This document shows, in pieces, positions 18,715-27,879 of a stretch of 64,000 nt of DNA. Within the stretch, counting starts at the first letter, position 1. Every line of letters starts with the position of its first letter. The stretch comes from an uncultured virus (IMG/VR IMGVR_UViG_3300035445_000156) (taxonomy: Duplodnaviria; Heunggongvirae; Uroviricota; Caudoviricetes). A program made the translations under genes and the position numbers. The notes beneath the pieces are model-generated. The model did not search any database. It was given only the letters and a program-made list of their open reading frames with translations, and was not told the DNA's origin. The stretch spans positions 1-64,000 of IMG/VR virus record IMGVR_UViG_3300035445_000156; one strand, 5' to 3'.

Positions 18715-18731
18715 GGACGGATGATGCGCTT

Positions 18732-19583
18732 ATGAGCGGATGGGGTTCAGCGTCGTGGGGCGGGTCCGCGTGGGGCGACGGGGAGGTCGACGGCCTCGCG
18801 CTCCTCTCTGCGACCCCGATCCGCGAGAACGTCGTCCGGCTCGAGTTCAACGCGCCCGTGTTCTTCAACGGGCTGCTAAGCCCGAAGGACGGGAGCAACG
18901 CGGAGAAGTACGCCGTGTCGCCCGTCGCGGGCACGACCGGCGACGACGGCCTGCCCGCGCGCCCCGTGACCGCCGTGCTCATCGAGCGCGCCCTGTTCGA
19001 GCTGGCCGGCGGGCGCTTCCTCGACGTCTCGGTCGACCGCCCGTTCTCCCCCCGCCCCGCCCGCTACTCGGTCGCCGCCTCGCGCCTGTTCACCGCCGAC
19101 GGGCTGCCGCTGCTCGCCGGGGCCGGCATCGCGGAGTTCGACGGTCTGCGACGCGGCCTGCCCGCCCCGCTCGCCCCGCTCGTGCTCGGCCGGACGGACC
19201 TCGCCTCTCCCGTCCGCTCCGACCCCGCCGACCCGGACCTGGTCGCGCTCGCGGTCGACGAGTCGGGCGACTACGCGGCCGACGCCGGCCCGGAAGCGTT
19301 CCGGAAGCGCGTCACGCGGCGGATCATGTCGCGGCGCGACGGCTTCGCGTTCCTCGCCGGCTACGGGGTGGGGACGCCCGACCTCGTGAAGCGCCTCGCG
19401 CGGGACTCGACGCGCGCGAGGCTCGCCGCGGAGGCGGAGAACCAGGTGAAGCTCGAGCCGGAGACGAAAGACGCGCGAGCCCGCGTCGAGCAGGTCGCGC
19501 CGGGCGTCTTCCGGTTGCGGCTCGAGGTGCTCACGCGCTCGGGCGAGAGCGTCTCGGTGGTCGCGCCGCTCGTTTCGCTTTGA
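18732..19583 (+). CDS. Baseplate wedge protein (Ig-like N-terminus, gp25/gpW-like C-terminus)
   Basis: 'GDYAADAG...RKRVTRRIMSRRDGFAFLAGYGVG...QVKLEP' motif just before baseplate J. Confidence 0.72.
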   Translation: MSGWGSASWGGSAWGDGEVDGLALLSATPIRENVVRLEFNAPVFFNGLLSPKDGSNAEKYAVSPVAGTTGDDGLPARPVTAVLIERALFELAGGRFLDVSVDRPFSPRPARYSVAASRLFTADGLPLLAGAGIAEFDGLRRGLPAPLAPLVLGRTDLASPVRSDPADPDLVALAVDESGDYAADAGPEAFRKRVTRRIMSRRDGFAFLAGYGVGTPDLVKRLARDSTRARLAAEAENQVKLEPETKDARARVEQVAPGVFRLRLEVLTRSGESVSVVAPLVSL

Positions 19584-19866
19584 ATTTTGAGGGATCGCCG
19601 AACGGCGCACCCGGGAGATCGTCATAGGGGGCGGGTCCGGTTTTCTCTTTGGACACGCTTCGCGGAGTCTTCGGGCTCGCGAGCAGCCGTCGTCCGTGCC
19701 ACGTGCCGCGCGATTCCGCGAGCTTCTCGAACGACTCGAGGCAGGAGACGAGGTATTCGGCGAGGATGAAGTCTGGCGTGTTCGAGACGTTTTCGGCCGA
19801 ACATCGGTTGATCGCACTCGCGATCTCGCTGGCGAGTTCCTGCCGCTTCCGTTGATTTCTTTTCAT
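19531..19866 (-). CDS. Small conserved phage hypothetical protein
   Basis: 'INRCSAENVSNTPDFILAEYLVSCLESF' resembles a widespread phage family. Confidence 0.7.
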   Translation of the reverse strand: MKRNQRKRQELASEIASAINRCSAENVSNTPDFILAEYLVSCLESFEKLAESRGTWHGRRLLASPKTPRSVSKEKTGPAPYDDLPGAPFGDPSKFKAKRAARPPRRSRPSA

Positions 19867-20020
19867 CGCGCGTCCTTCGAGAAAGCGAGCGGGCGTCGCG
19901 CATCGGGCTTGTGACCGACTTCGGCCGGGTGTCCGGGCGAGCGTGTTAGCTCGAACGGAGACGAGTTCCTGCTCCCCCGGAGTCCTGTCGCGGCGCCCGC
20001 TCTGAGTCGATGATGCGCCC

Positions 20021-21124
20021 ATGGATCTCCCGACGAGGCTCGACTACCAGTCGATCGGCCGCCAGTACGTCGTCGCCCGCGCCAGGCGGATCGACCCCGC
20101 GCAGGTCGACACGGAAGGCAGCGACGTCAACCTCTACGTCGGCTCGACGAGCTTCCTCGCGCAGGAGGTGACCCGGCAGCTCGGCGCGCGCGTGGCCGCG
20201 CTCATGCTCGACGGGTCCGAAAACGAGGACCTCGACCGGTACGCCTGGGACAGGTACCAGCTCCTGCGCAAGGACGCGGCGGCCGCGGTCGTCCCCGTCC
20301 GCTACTTCCGGCCGGGCGTGACCGGCGGCTCCGGCTCGGTCCCGAAGGACGCGGTGCTCCTGTCGCTCGGGGGGATCCAGTACGTGACGACCGGCGCGGG
20401 CGACTTCGGCGCGTCGAGCACGTCGGCGACGGCGACCGCGCGCGCGGCGAAGGCGGGCAAGGCGTTCCAGGTCGGGAGGAACCAGGTCCGCCGGTTCCGC
20501 GACGCGCAGTTCGACCCGTCGGTCCAGGTGACGAACGACGTCCCCGCGGCGGGCGGCGAGGACCGGGAGGACGACGACACGTTCCGCGACCGGGTGCGCG
20601 CCTTCTGGCTCGCGGCGCGCCGGGCCACGGTCGGCGCGATCGAGTTCGGCGCGCTCACCGTGCCGGGGGTCGTGTCCGCGAGCGCGGTCGAGGCGCTCGA
20701 CGGGGGCGCGCGGCCCGCGCGGATCGTGAACCTCTACGTCGCCGACAGCTCCGGGGTGTCGAACGAGGCGCTCGGCGCGCGCGTCCGCGAGGCGCTCTTC
20801 GAGTTCCGGGCGGCGGGGATCTACGTGAACGTCTCGACCAGCATCCCGGCGATCGTGCCGGTGACGCTGCGCCTGCGCTTTCTCTCGTCCGCGCAGGGGA
20901 CGGCGGCGATCGCCGAGACGGTCCGCGCGGCCCTCTTCGAGTACGTGAACAGCTTGCCGGTGAACGCGACGCTGCGCCGGAGCGGCCTGTTCGCCGCGCT
21001 CGAGCGCTTCGCGTCGTCGGGGCTCGACGTCGACCAGGGGACGCTCGTCGAGCCCGCGGGCGACGTCGTCCCGCTGCCGGGGACGACGCTCCGGACGACG
21101 CTCGCGGACGTGACGTTCGTCTGA
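20021..21124 (+). CDS. Baseplate J-like protein
   Basis: 'GGEDREDDDTFRDRVR...ATVGAIEFGALTVPGVVSA' and 'RAAGIYVNV' motifs. Confidence 0.92.
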   Translation: MDLPTRLDYQSIGRQYVVARARRIDPAQVDTEGSDVNLYVGSTSFLAQEVTRQLGARVAALMLDGSENEDLDRYAWDRYQLLRKDAAAAVVPVRYFRPGVTGGSGSVPKDAVLLSLGGIQYVTTGAGDFGASSTSATATARAAKAGKAFQVGRNQVRRFRDAQFDPSVQVTNDVPAAGGEDREDDDTFRDRVRAFWLAARRATVGAIEFGALTVPGVVSASAVEALDGGARPARIVNLYVADSSGVSNEALGARVREALFEFRAAGIYVNVSTSIPAIVPVTLRLRFLSSAQGTAAIAETVRAALFEYVNSLPVNATLRRSGLFAALERFASSGLDVDQGTLVEPAGDVVPLPGTTLRTTLADVTFV

Positions 21125-21296
21125 CGAATCGGCGGGCCAGTTATCCCCGCGCGGGCGACTTTTCCCATCTGTTGACCTCGCGGTCTCAGGGCGAGAGGAG
21201 AGCTCGAGCACGGCCCTCGTGGTGTTGGTTCACCGCCTCGAAAGGACGTCTGCATTCGTCCTGCCGCTGCTTCGATTCGTCGGGGATGATGCGCGC

Positions 21297-22895
21297 ATGC
21301 CCGAGGCCCCGAAGACCGGACCGCTGACCCTCGCCGAGCTGCTCGCCCTGTGGGAGAGCACGGTCGACCGCTCCTACAGCGAGCCGTTCCTCCAGGCCGG
21401 GGACGGCGGCGGCCTGGAGGCGGTCACGCAGGGGCACGCGCAGCTCGCACGCGCCTCGCTCGCGGTCGACCGGACGACGCAGGCGATGTTCATCCTCCCG
21501 TGGTCCGGCCAGAGCGACGAGCCGGCCTCGGGCGAGCGGCTCTCCCGCGTCTCCCTGACGCTCGCCCGCGCCGCCTCGATCGAGGCGGCGCTCTTCTTCT
21601 CCCCCGGCCTCGTCGTCTTCGAGGAGGAGACGAATGACCACTCCTTCGACGGGCCGGTCACGGTCACGACCGGCCGGCGCTACCTGCTCGAGTCCCCCGC
21701 GCGCCTCGCGCCCGGGGAGTCGTCGGTCACCGTCTCCGCCCTCGCGCAACGACCGGGGCGCGGCTACGACAACCCGCTGCCGGGGACGATCCGGCACTTC
21801 TTCCAGCCCGGCGCCGGCTACGAGAACGACCTCGCCTCGGTTGTCCCGGGGGTCCGGTCGCACGCGCTGGTCGTCGCGCCGGCCGCGGACGTCGTCGTCC
21901 CGGAGCACGTCGGCTCCTACGTGCGCTTCACCGCGGGCGCGAACGCGGGCGACGTCCGGCGGGTCGTCGGCTACGCGCCGCCCGACCCGCTCGCCGCGCC
22001 GCCGAACGGGGGGACCGCGACGCTCGCGGCGACGGGCGTCTTCGCCCTCTCGCTCTCCGCCGGGACGTTCTCGGTCGGGGAGACGGCCGAGCAGTTCCCC
22101 TCCGGCGCGACGGGGCGGGTCCTCTTCGTCACCGCGACCCACGCCGCGGTCGACCGGCTCTCGGGGACATTCGTCGTCGGGCAGGCGGTCGTCGGGCAGG
22201 CGAGCGGCGCGACGTTCGTCCCCTCCGCGATCGAGCAGTCGCCCGACGCGGTCGCGGAGGCGGGCACGGCCGCGTGGCGCGTCCTGTCGTGGGAGGCCGA
22301 CCTGTCGCTCTCCGCGACGAACCCGGAGAGCCCGGCCGGCGGCCGGCTCGGGATGCTCGACGAGCTCGGCGCGGAGCGGGGCGTCCGGCGCGAGACGGGC
22401 GAGGGGGACGACGCCTACCGGCGCCGGGTCGCGACGCCCGCGGACACCGTCTCCCCAGGGGCAATCCTGCGCGCGGCGAACCGGCTCCTCGCGGACTCCG
22501 GCGCGGAGGCGTGCCTGCGCGAGGTCGGCACGGCGCGGTTCCGCGGGCTCTTCTACGACGGCGACCCGCTCTCGGCCGACCCGGACGTCGCGTTCGCCTA
22601 CGACCTCGACTTCGACGCGAGGCCGCGCGACTCGTTCAAGCTCGACCTCTCCTACGCGGAGTCTCGCGCCTTCTTCCTGCTCGGCGTGCCGGCGCTCGAC
22701 CTCGGGGAGTTCGGCTGCGCGTACGACGCCGGGCCGACGAACGCCTACGACTGCGCGCCGTGGCTCGCCTTCTACGACGGCTTCCCGCTCACCGCGGCCG
22801 TCCTCTACCGGGGGATCTGGCAGGCGGTCAACCGCGCGAAGGCCGCGGGCGTCGGCTTCGACCTCTACTTGGAGCGGTTCGGCTGCTCGTTCTGA
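21297..22895 (+). CDS. Baseplate wedge/tail protein (gpI-like, enlarged)
   Basis: 'LDELGAERGVRRETGEGDDAYRRRV' and 'VNRAKAAGVGF'; follows baseplate J. Confidence 0.72.
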   Translation: MPEAPKTGPLTLAELLALWESTVDRSYSEPFLQAGDGGGLEAVTQGHAQLARASLAVDRTTQAMFILPWSGQSDEPASGERLSRVSLTLARAASIEAALFFSPGLVVFEEETNDHSFDGPVTVTTGRRYLLESPARLAPGESSVTVSALAQRPGRGYDNPLPGTIRHFFQPGAGYENDLASVVPGVRSHALVVAPAADVVVPEHVGSYVRFTAGANAGDVRRVVGYAPPDPLAAPPNGGTATLAATGVFALSLSAGTFSVGETAEQFPSGATGRVLFVTATHAAVDRLSGTFVVGQAVVGQASGATFVPSAIEQSPDAVAEAGTAAWRVLSWEADLSLSATNPESPAGGRLGMLDELGAERGVRRETGEGDDAYRRRVATPADTVSPGAILRAANRLLADSGAEACLREVGTARFRGLFYDGDPLSADPDVAFAYDLDFDARPRDSFKLDLSYAESRAFFLLGVPALDLGEFGCAYDAGPTNAYDCAPWLAFYDGFPLTAAVLYRGIWQAVNRAKAAGVGFDLYLERFGCSF

Positions 22896-23215
22896 AGGCC
22901 GACTCTCACGGCCAAGTGCTCGAGTGCCGGGTCAGAGAAGTCGCCCGTGTCGCAGTCGACCGAGTGCTTGTCGCGCACGTCGAGCCGAGCGTCGGTCGAT
23001 TCGTCGACGCTCGGCGACTGTTCGCCTATGACTTCTGCCTCCGTGTGCACGCGGATGTGGACCCAATACTCGCCGTTGCTCGTGCGCGTGACTTCCGCCT
23101 CCCCGCCCGGAAACAGGATCCGGAAGGTCTCCGGTTCCGGCCTCCTCTTCGGGTCACCGTAGAGCCTGATCCCCTGGACCGTATCCCCCATCCTCTCGAT
23201 CGGCAGCGTTTTCAT
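22865..23215 (-). CDS. Hypothetical protein
   Basis: Fills the gap; CATGCT box 7 nt before the ATG. Confidence 0.65.
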   Translation of the reverse strand: MKTLPIERMGDTVQGIRLYGDPKRRPEPETFRILFPGGEAEVTRTSNGEYWVHIRVHTEAEVIGEQSPSVDESTDARLDVRDKHSVDCDTGDFSDPALEHLAVRVGLQNEQPNRSK

Positions 23216-23230
23216 ATCCGAGAGCATGCG

Positions 23231-23252
23231 GAGATAACACCGGTGTTATCTC
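23231..23252. repeat. 22-bp palindrome, copy 5 (intergenic)
   Basis: Exact match followed by CGGGACAAACC. Confidence 0.97.
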
Positions 23253-23458
23253 CGGGACAAACCAGGAGCGGGTGTCTCCAGTCGAGGCGATCGGATCCGA
23301 CAAGTCGACCGTGAGACGTGCTAGCGTGCCAGGGCGGCGGGCGGGCAATGGGATTCCAGATCAGAAGAGGGGAAGCAGGAGAGATCGTGGTCGATCCTCC
23401 GTTGCTCTTCTCCTTGAGGATCTGAGGAGATGTGCTTCGTTTTTTCGCTCGAAGCGCA

Positions 23459-23478
23459 GAGATAACCGGCGTTATCTC
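23459..23478. repeat. Degenerate palindrome GAGATAACCGGCGTTATCTC
   Basis: Both 8-bp outer arms intact, centre 2 bp shorter. Confidence 0.88.
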
Positions 23479-23505
23479 CCCCGACTCGACGCGCATGATC
23501 GCGCC

Positions 23506-25050
23506 ATGTCCGGAGCGGTCAGGGTCGAGGTCGGCAGCAGGATCGAGGTCTCACGGGAGGGTCTCCCCGAGAGGGCGGTCGGGCGGCTGAAGGACTCCTT
23601 CACGCACCCGAACCCGGACCGACAGCGGTGGCTCCGGCTCGGCAAGCGGGGCAAGCCGCCGCCGGAGCACATGCGCACGTGGCGCGAGGATCAGACGCTC
23701 ATCGCGAAAGAACGACCGCGCTCGCTCTCGCTCCCTCGCGGCGGGTGGGACCGCGTCGAGCAAGTCCTGAAAGGCGAGTTCGGGCTGTCGCTGTCGATCA
23801 AGGACCTCCGACATTCCTGTTCCGAGGACGACAGGCGGGTCGCCGACTACTTCGGGCGGCTGCGCCTGGCGGTCGAGCCGTTCGACTTCCAGGCGCGGAT
23901 GGTCGAGGCGGCGCTGGAGAGCGAGCAGGGGATCCTACGCGGGCCGACCGGGTGCGGCAAGACGGTCGTCGCGCAGGCGATCGCGCTCCGCCTCGCGCGG
24001 CCGACGTGCGTCCTCGTCCCGACCAAGAAGATCCTCGACGACTGGGTCGAGCGCATGCCGCGGGAGATCGGGGTCGCGCCGGGCGACGTCGGCGTGATCC
24101 AGGGGAGCAGACGTAGGATCAGGCCGATCACGGTCGCGCTCGTGCACAGCTACGCGGCGCGGGCGGAGGAGTACGCGGGCGCCTTCGACGCGCTGCTCTT
24201 CGACGAGGTGTGGCGCGCGGCGGCGGCGACGTTCTACCGGGCCGTCGACACGAGCCGCGCGCGCTACCGGGTCGGCTTCTCGGCGGATGAGCGTCGCAAG
24301 GACCGGAAGGAGTTCCTAATCTACGACGTGTTCGGCGAGCTGCTCGTCGACGTGCCGCGGAAGGACCTGATCGCTGCCGGGACGATCCTCGACACGGAGG
24401 TCCGGCTCGTCCCGACCGAGTTCGACGCGCCCTGGTACCGCGATCTCAGTCCCGAGAGGAGGCAGGACGGGCAGGTCTTCCAGCGGCTCGTGCAGGAGAT
24501 GTCGCGCGACGAGAGGCGGAACCGGCTGATCGTGGACCTCGCGCTGGAGGAGCTGCACGCCGGCTGCCAGGTCCTCGCGTTCGCGCACCGGGTCGAGCAC
24601 TGCGCGCTGCTGCGCGCGGACGTCAACGCGGTGAGGCCGTGCGGGGGCGTCGTCGTCGGCGACGGGCAGGGCTTCGAGGACGAGAGCGCGCGGACCCTCG
24701 CCGGCATGCGCGACGGGACCTGCCGCTTCGCCGCCGGCACGTACGGGTCGATCGGCGCGGGCGTGAACCTGCCCGCGGTCTCCCGCGGGATCGCGTGCAC
24801 GCCGATCCACACGAACCGGGGCTTCTTCGGGCAGGTCCGGGGCCGGCTCTGCCGGGTCGACCGCGCGGGCGGCGCGAAGGCGGACTCGGTGCTCTACGTG
24901 CCGTGGGACCGGCTGGTCCACGGGCTCGCGCCGCTCCGGGCCATGGTCCGGTGGAACAGGGCGGTCAACGTCCTCGACGCGGGCGCGTGGCGGCCGGGCC
25001 GAGACGTGCTGCGCGAGCTCGAGGCGGCGGAGAGAGAGGACGAGTCGTGA
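23506..25050 (+). CDS. Superfamily 2 (UvsW/XPB-like) helicase
   Basis: Walker A GPTGCGKT; Walker B variant LFDEVW; motif III GFSA; motif VI QVRGRLCR. Confidence 0.9.
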   Translation: MSGAVRVEVGSRIEVSREGLPERAVGRLKDSFTHPNPDRQRWLRLGKRGKPPPEHMRTWREDQTLIAKERPRSLSLPRGGWDRVEQVLKGEFGLSLSIKDLRHSCSEDDRRVADYFGRLRLAVEPFDFQARMVEAALESEQGILRGPTGCGKTVVAQAIALRLARPTCVLVPTKKILDDWVERMPREIGVAPGDVGVIQGSRRRIRPITVALVHSYAARAEEYAGAFDALLFDEVWRAAAATFYRAVDTSRARYRVGFSADERRKDRKEFLIYDVFGELLVDVPRKDLIAAGTILDTEVRLVPTEFDAPWYRDLSPERRQDGQVFQRLVQEMSRDERRNRLIVDLALEELHAGCQVLAFAHRVEHCALLRADVNAVRPCGGVVVGDGQGFEDESARTLAGMRDGTCRFAAGTYGSIGAGVNLPAVSRGIACTPIHTNRGFFGQVRGRLCRVDRAGGAKADSVLYVPWDRLVHGLAPLRAMVRWNRAVNVLDAGAWRPGRDVLRELEAAEREDES

Positions 25051-25562
25051 GGGTCCGCGAGGAGCCGGGAGATAACACCGGTGTTATCTCCGAGGCGTCG
25101 AGCGCGCTCGACGCCTTCGTGCGGGGTGCGCGGGTGTCCCGGAAGCGGCCCGCCAACGGCAGCGCTAAGGGGATGATCGACCGGGCGCGCGGGGAGCTCG
25201 ACGGGCTGGCGGAGGGCGGGTGGGAGCGCGCCCTCCCCCGGCACCTGGTCGCGCTCTACGCCCGGCTGCACGAGGAGGTCTACGGGGTCGCGCCGGCTGA
25301 CGTCGAGCAGCGCCGGGCGTTCCTCGCGGCGTGCTCTGCCGCGGGCAAGCTCCTGCGGGAGGAGTTCGGCGGCGAGGGCCGGGCGGCGATCGAGTTCATG
25401 CGCTGGGCGTGGCGCCGGGAGCGCGCCGGGGTGCGCCGCCGACACGCGCGCGGCGAGAGCTCCGACTGGCGCGTGACGTGGCAGCAGCAGTTCGTCTCCC
25501 GGCGGCTGCTCACGGACTACCGGGTGTGGCTGCGCCGGGAAGGGCAAGGAGGAGCGCTTTGA
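25047..25562 (+). CDS. Hypothetical protein with palindrome copy 6 in frame (GDNTGVISE)
   Basis: GTGA overlap with the helicase stop; GAGG SD. Confidence 0.7.
   Translation: MRVREEPGDNTGVISEASSALDAFVRGARVSRKRPANGSAKGMIDRARGELDGLAEGGWERALPRHLVALYARLHEEVYGVAPADVEQRRAFLAACSAAGKLLREEFGGEGRAAIEFMRWAWRRERAGVRRRHARGESSDWRVTWQQQFVSRRLLTDYRVWLRREGQGGAL
25069..25090. repeat. 22-bp palindrome, copy 6 (intragenic)
   Basis: Exact match. Confidence 0.97.
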
Positions 25563-25621
25563 CGAACCTTTTGATGTTCGAGGACCCGGAGGTCGCGGGT
25601 GCGCAGTAAGAAGAGGGCGCG

Positions 25622-25834
25622 GTGAGGCCGCTCGCGGACGGGCTCGTGATGGGCGACGGGGCCGGGCGGGTGCTCCGGGTGTTCGCGCCGCGGTGGTGGC
25701 AGGTCTGGCGCTGGGTCCGGTGGCTGCTGTTCGCGCCCGAAGCTCGGAGCGTCTGCGAGGTCGTGCTGCTCGACGAGCAGGGCGCCGCGCATCCTCTCCG
25801 GACGCGGTTCGTCGTGGACGCGGTGAGGAGGTAG
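25622..25834 (+). CDS. Hypothetical protein
   Basis: SD present; operon packing. Confidence 0.6.
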   Translation: MRPLADGLVMGDGAGRVLRVFAPRWWQVWRWVRWLLFAPEARSVCEVVLLDEQGAAHPLRTRFVVDAVRR

Positions 25835-26164
25835 GTGGTGCCGGAAGACGTCTTGACGTACGAAGATCTCTGCCGCGCGGTCGTGACGCTGAGAGAGAGC
25901 AACGTCCTGCCTCACGGCGGTCAATATCTCTGCCACATTCACCCTGTAACCTGGGCGTTCCTGCTCATCACGTACGACGTCAGACTCTCGTACTCGGATC
26001 GCTGTTTGGCTTTCGAGCGCGTTCGCTATGAGCAGCGGAGAAGCACTCGGGGCGCCGGATGGCGTTCCCCGTATGAGTGGATCTGTGAGCGGCTCGCCAT
26101 TGTCCCCGCGCCGGGAATCATCGAGGCGATGGGCGCCGACGTCGGCGTGATCGAATTGGGTTGA
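25835..26164 (+). CDS. Hypothetical protein (lower GC)
   Basis: GAGGAGG SD; fills the gap before dnaB. Confidence 0.6.
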   Translation: MVPEDVLTYEDLCRAVVTLRESNVLPHGGQYLCHIHPVTWAFLLITYDVRLSYSDRCLAFERVRYEQRRSTRGAGWRSPYEWICERLAIVPAPGIIEAMGADVGVIELG

Positions 26165-26167
26165 CTC

Positions 26168-27625
26168 ATGCGCCTGCGGAGCGAGGGACCGAGGGAGGAG
26201 CCGAAGCGGCCCTCGAAGAAGCTCCCCGAGACGACCGCGCGCGTCCCGCACGACCCGATCAACGAGCAGGCGCTGATCGCCGCGGCGATGGCGGACCCGG
26301 AGGTGCGCGCGAAGCTCGTGAAGGTCCTGCCTGCGGACGGCTTCTACGCGAAGGGGCACGCGGCCCTGTGGGCGGCGGTCGTCGAGCTCGAGCGGCGCAA
26401 GCTCGCCTGCGACCCGGCCGCGCTCAAGCAGGTCGCGCCCGACGTCGACCTCGCGTACGCGCGGACGCTCGCGGCATCGAGGCCGTCGAAGGCGAACCTC
26501 GCGTTCCACGTCGAGTGCTTCCTGTGGGACCGCGTGCGGGTCGAGGCCGTCAAGGGCCCGATCTCGGCGCTGCTCGACGCGCTGTCGGACCCCTCCTCCG
26601 ACCAGGAGAAGGTGCGCGCGCTCGGCGCGGCGGTCGGCCGGGCGTTCGCGGGGCGCGCCGGACTGCGCTACCTGCGGGACGGCGAGCAGGTCCAGGCAGA
26701 AGCGGAGCGGCGGGTGCGGCGGCGCATGGAGGGCATCGCCGTCTACCCGTACGGGATCGAGGGGCTCGACGCCTACGAGGACGGCCGGCCCCGGATGGTC
26801 CCGGCGATGGAGCCGGGGCAGGTGACGCTCGTGATGGGCCTGTCCGGCGCGGGCAAGACGACGGTCACGAACCAGATCGTCCTCGCGCAGGTCAGGCGCG
26901 AGCGCAAGGTGCTGCACGGCGCGTGGGAGCAGGACGCGGAGGCGAACCTGGAGTCGCTCGCGGCCTTCGACCTCGGGCTCGACCGCGAGCGACTGCGCAC
27001 CGGGAAGATCTCGCCCGCAGAGTTCGAGGCGCTCCGCGAGGCGATGGGCGAGATCCGTCAGTTCGTCCGCTTCTTCGACCTCCCGTTCGACCAGGAGCAC
27101 GGCGGCAAGCGGGTCCTGAACTCGACGAACCTCGACGTCGTGCACGCGCACGTCGAGGGCGCCGGCTGCGACGTGTGCGTCTTCGACCTCTGGAAGCGCT
27201 CGCTCACGGAGACGGACCCGAACGACGAGGAGCGGGCCCTGTGGCGGCAGCTCGCGATCGCGAAGGCGACGCGGACGCACCACGTCCTCGTGCACCACCT
27301 GCGCGGCAAGGACGTCGAGCAGCGGCAGGACAAGCGCCCGACGCGCGAGGCGATCAAGGGCAGCGGCGCGTGGGTCGACGTGCCGGACACGATCATCGGC
27401 GTGCACCGGCCGGCGCTCTGGAAGAACGTGCCGGACGACAAGCTCGAGCTGTTCGTCCTAAAGCAGCGCTACGGCAAGTGGCCCCTCGCGGTCGAGTTCG
27501 ACCACGACCCGGCGACCGGCATCATCTCGGGCGGCCGGACGATCGAGTACGAGCAGCCCGGCGATCGGGGACCCGTGGACTCGTTCCTGGACGAACCGAC
27601 GAAAAAGAGCGGGAGACGGAGATGA
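26168..27625 (+). CDS. dnaB: Replicative DnaB-like helicase
   Basis: 'PHDPINEQALIAA' N-terminus; GLSGAGKTT; 'DKRPT...IKGSG'; 'KQRYG'. Confidence 0.93.
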   Translation: MRLRSEGPREEPKRPSKKLPETTARVPHDPINEQALIAAAMADPEVRAKLVKVLPADGFYAKGHAALWAAVVELERRKLACDPAALKQVAPDVDLAYARTLAASRPSKANLAFHVECFLWDRVRVEAVKGPISALLDALSDPSSDQEKVRALGAAVGRAFAGRAGLRYLRDGEQVQAEAERRVRRRMEGIAVYPYGIEGLDAYEDGRPRMVPAMEPGQVTLVMGLSGAGKTTVTNQIVLAQVRRERKVLHGAWEQDAEANLESLAAFDLGLDRERLRTGKISPAEFEALREAMGEIRQFVRFFDLPFDQEHGGKRVLNSTNLDVVHAHVEGAGCDVCVFDLWKRSLTETDPNDEERALWRQLAIAKATRTHHVLVHHLRGKDVEQRQDKRPTREAIKGSGAWVDVPDTIIGVHRPALWKNVPDDKLELFVLKQRYGKWPLAVEFDHDPATGIISGGRTIEYEQPGDRGPVDSFLDEPTKKSGRRR

Positions 27626-27879
27626 AGCTGTCTGAGATCGTCGAGCGTGGTGCGAGATCGGAGTCGATCATCGGCGAGCAAGCGAGCCTGATCGAAGCGT
27701 CCGAGGCGGCACGCGAGCAATACGAATCCTTCGAGAAGAGATTCGACGATCTGCGCGAGGCGGTGCTCGCCATTGATTGGTCCGAGAAGGCGATCGAGGC
27801 GGATCGATTGCTCCTCGCGTTGAAGGCAGACGTGCTCGCGCTGCTCGACCGGCGGGCCGGTGTCGATCGCGGACGTTGA
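27622..27879 (+). CDS. Hypothetical coiled-coil protein
   Basis: ATGA overlap; GGAG SD. Confidence 0.6.
   Translation: MKLSEIVERGARSESIIGEQASLIEASEAAREQYESFEKRFDDLREAVLAIDWSEKAIEADRLLLALKADVLALLDRRAGVDRGR

Noticed and set aside
1347..22895. Extracellular contractile injection system or tailocin
   Set aside because: The tail genes are contiguous with a full phage replication module and include a frameshifted chaperone, so a phage is the simpler reading
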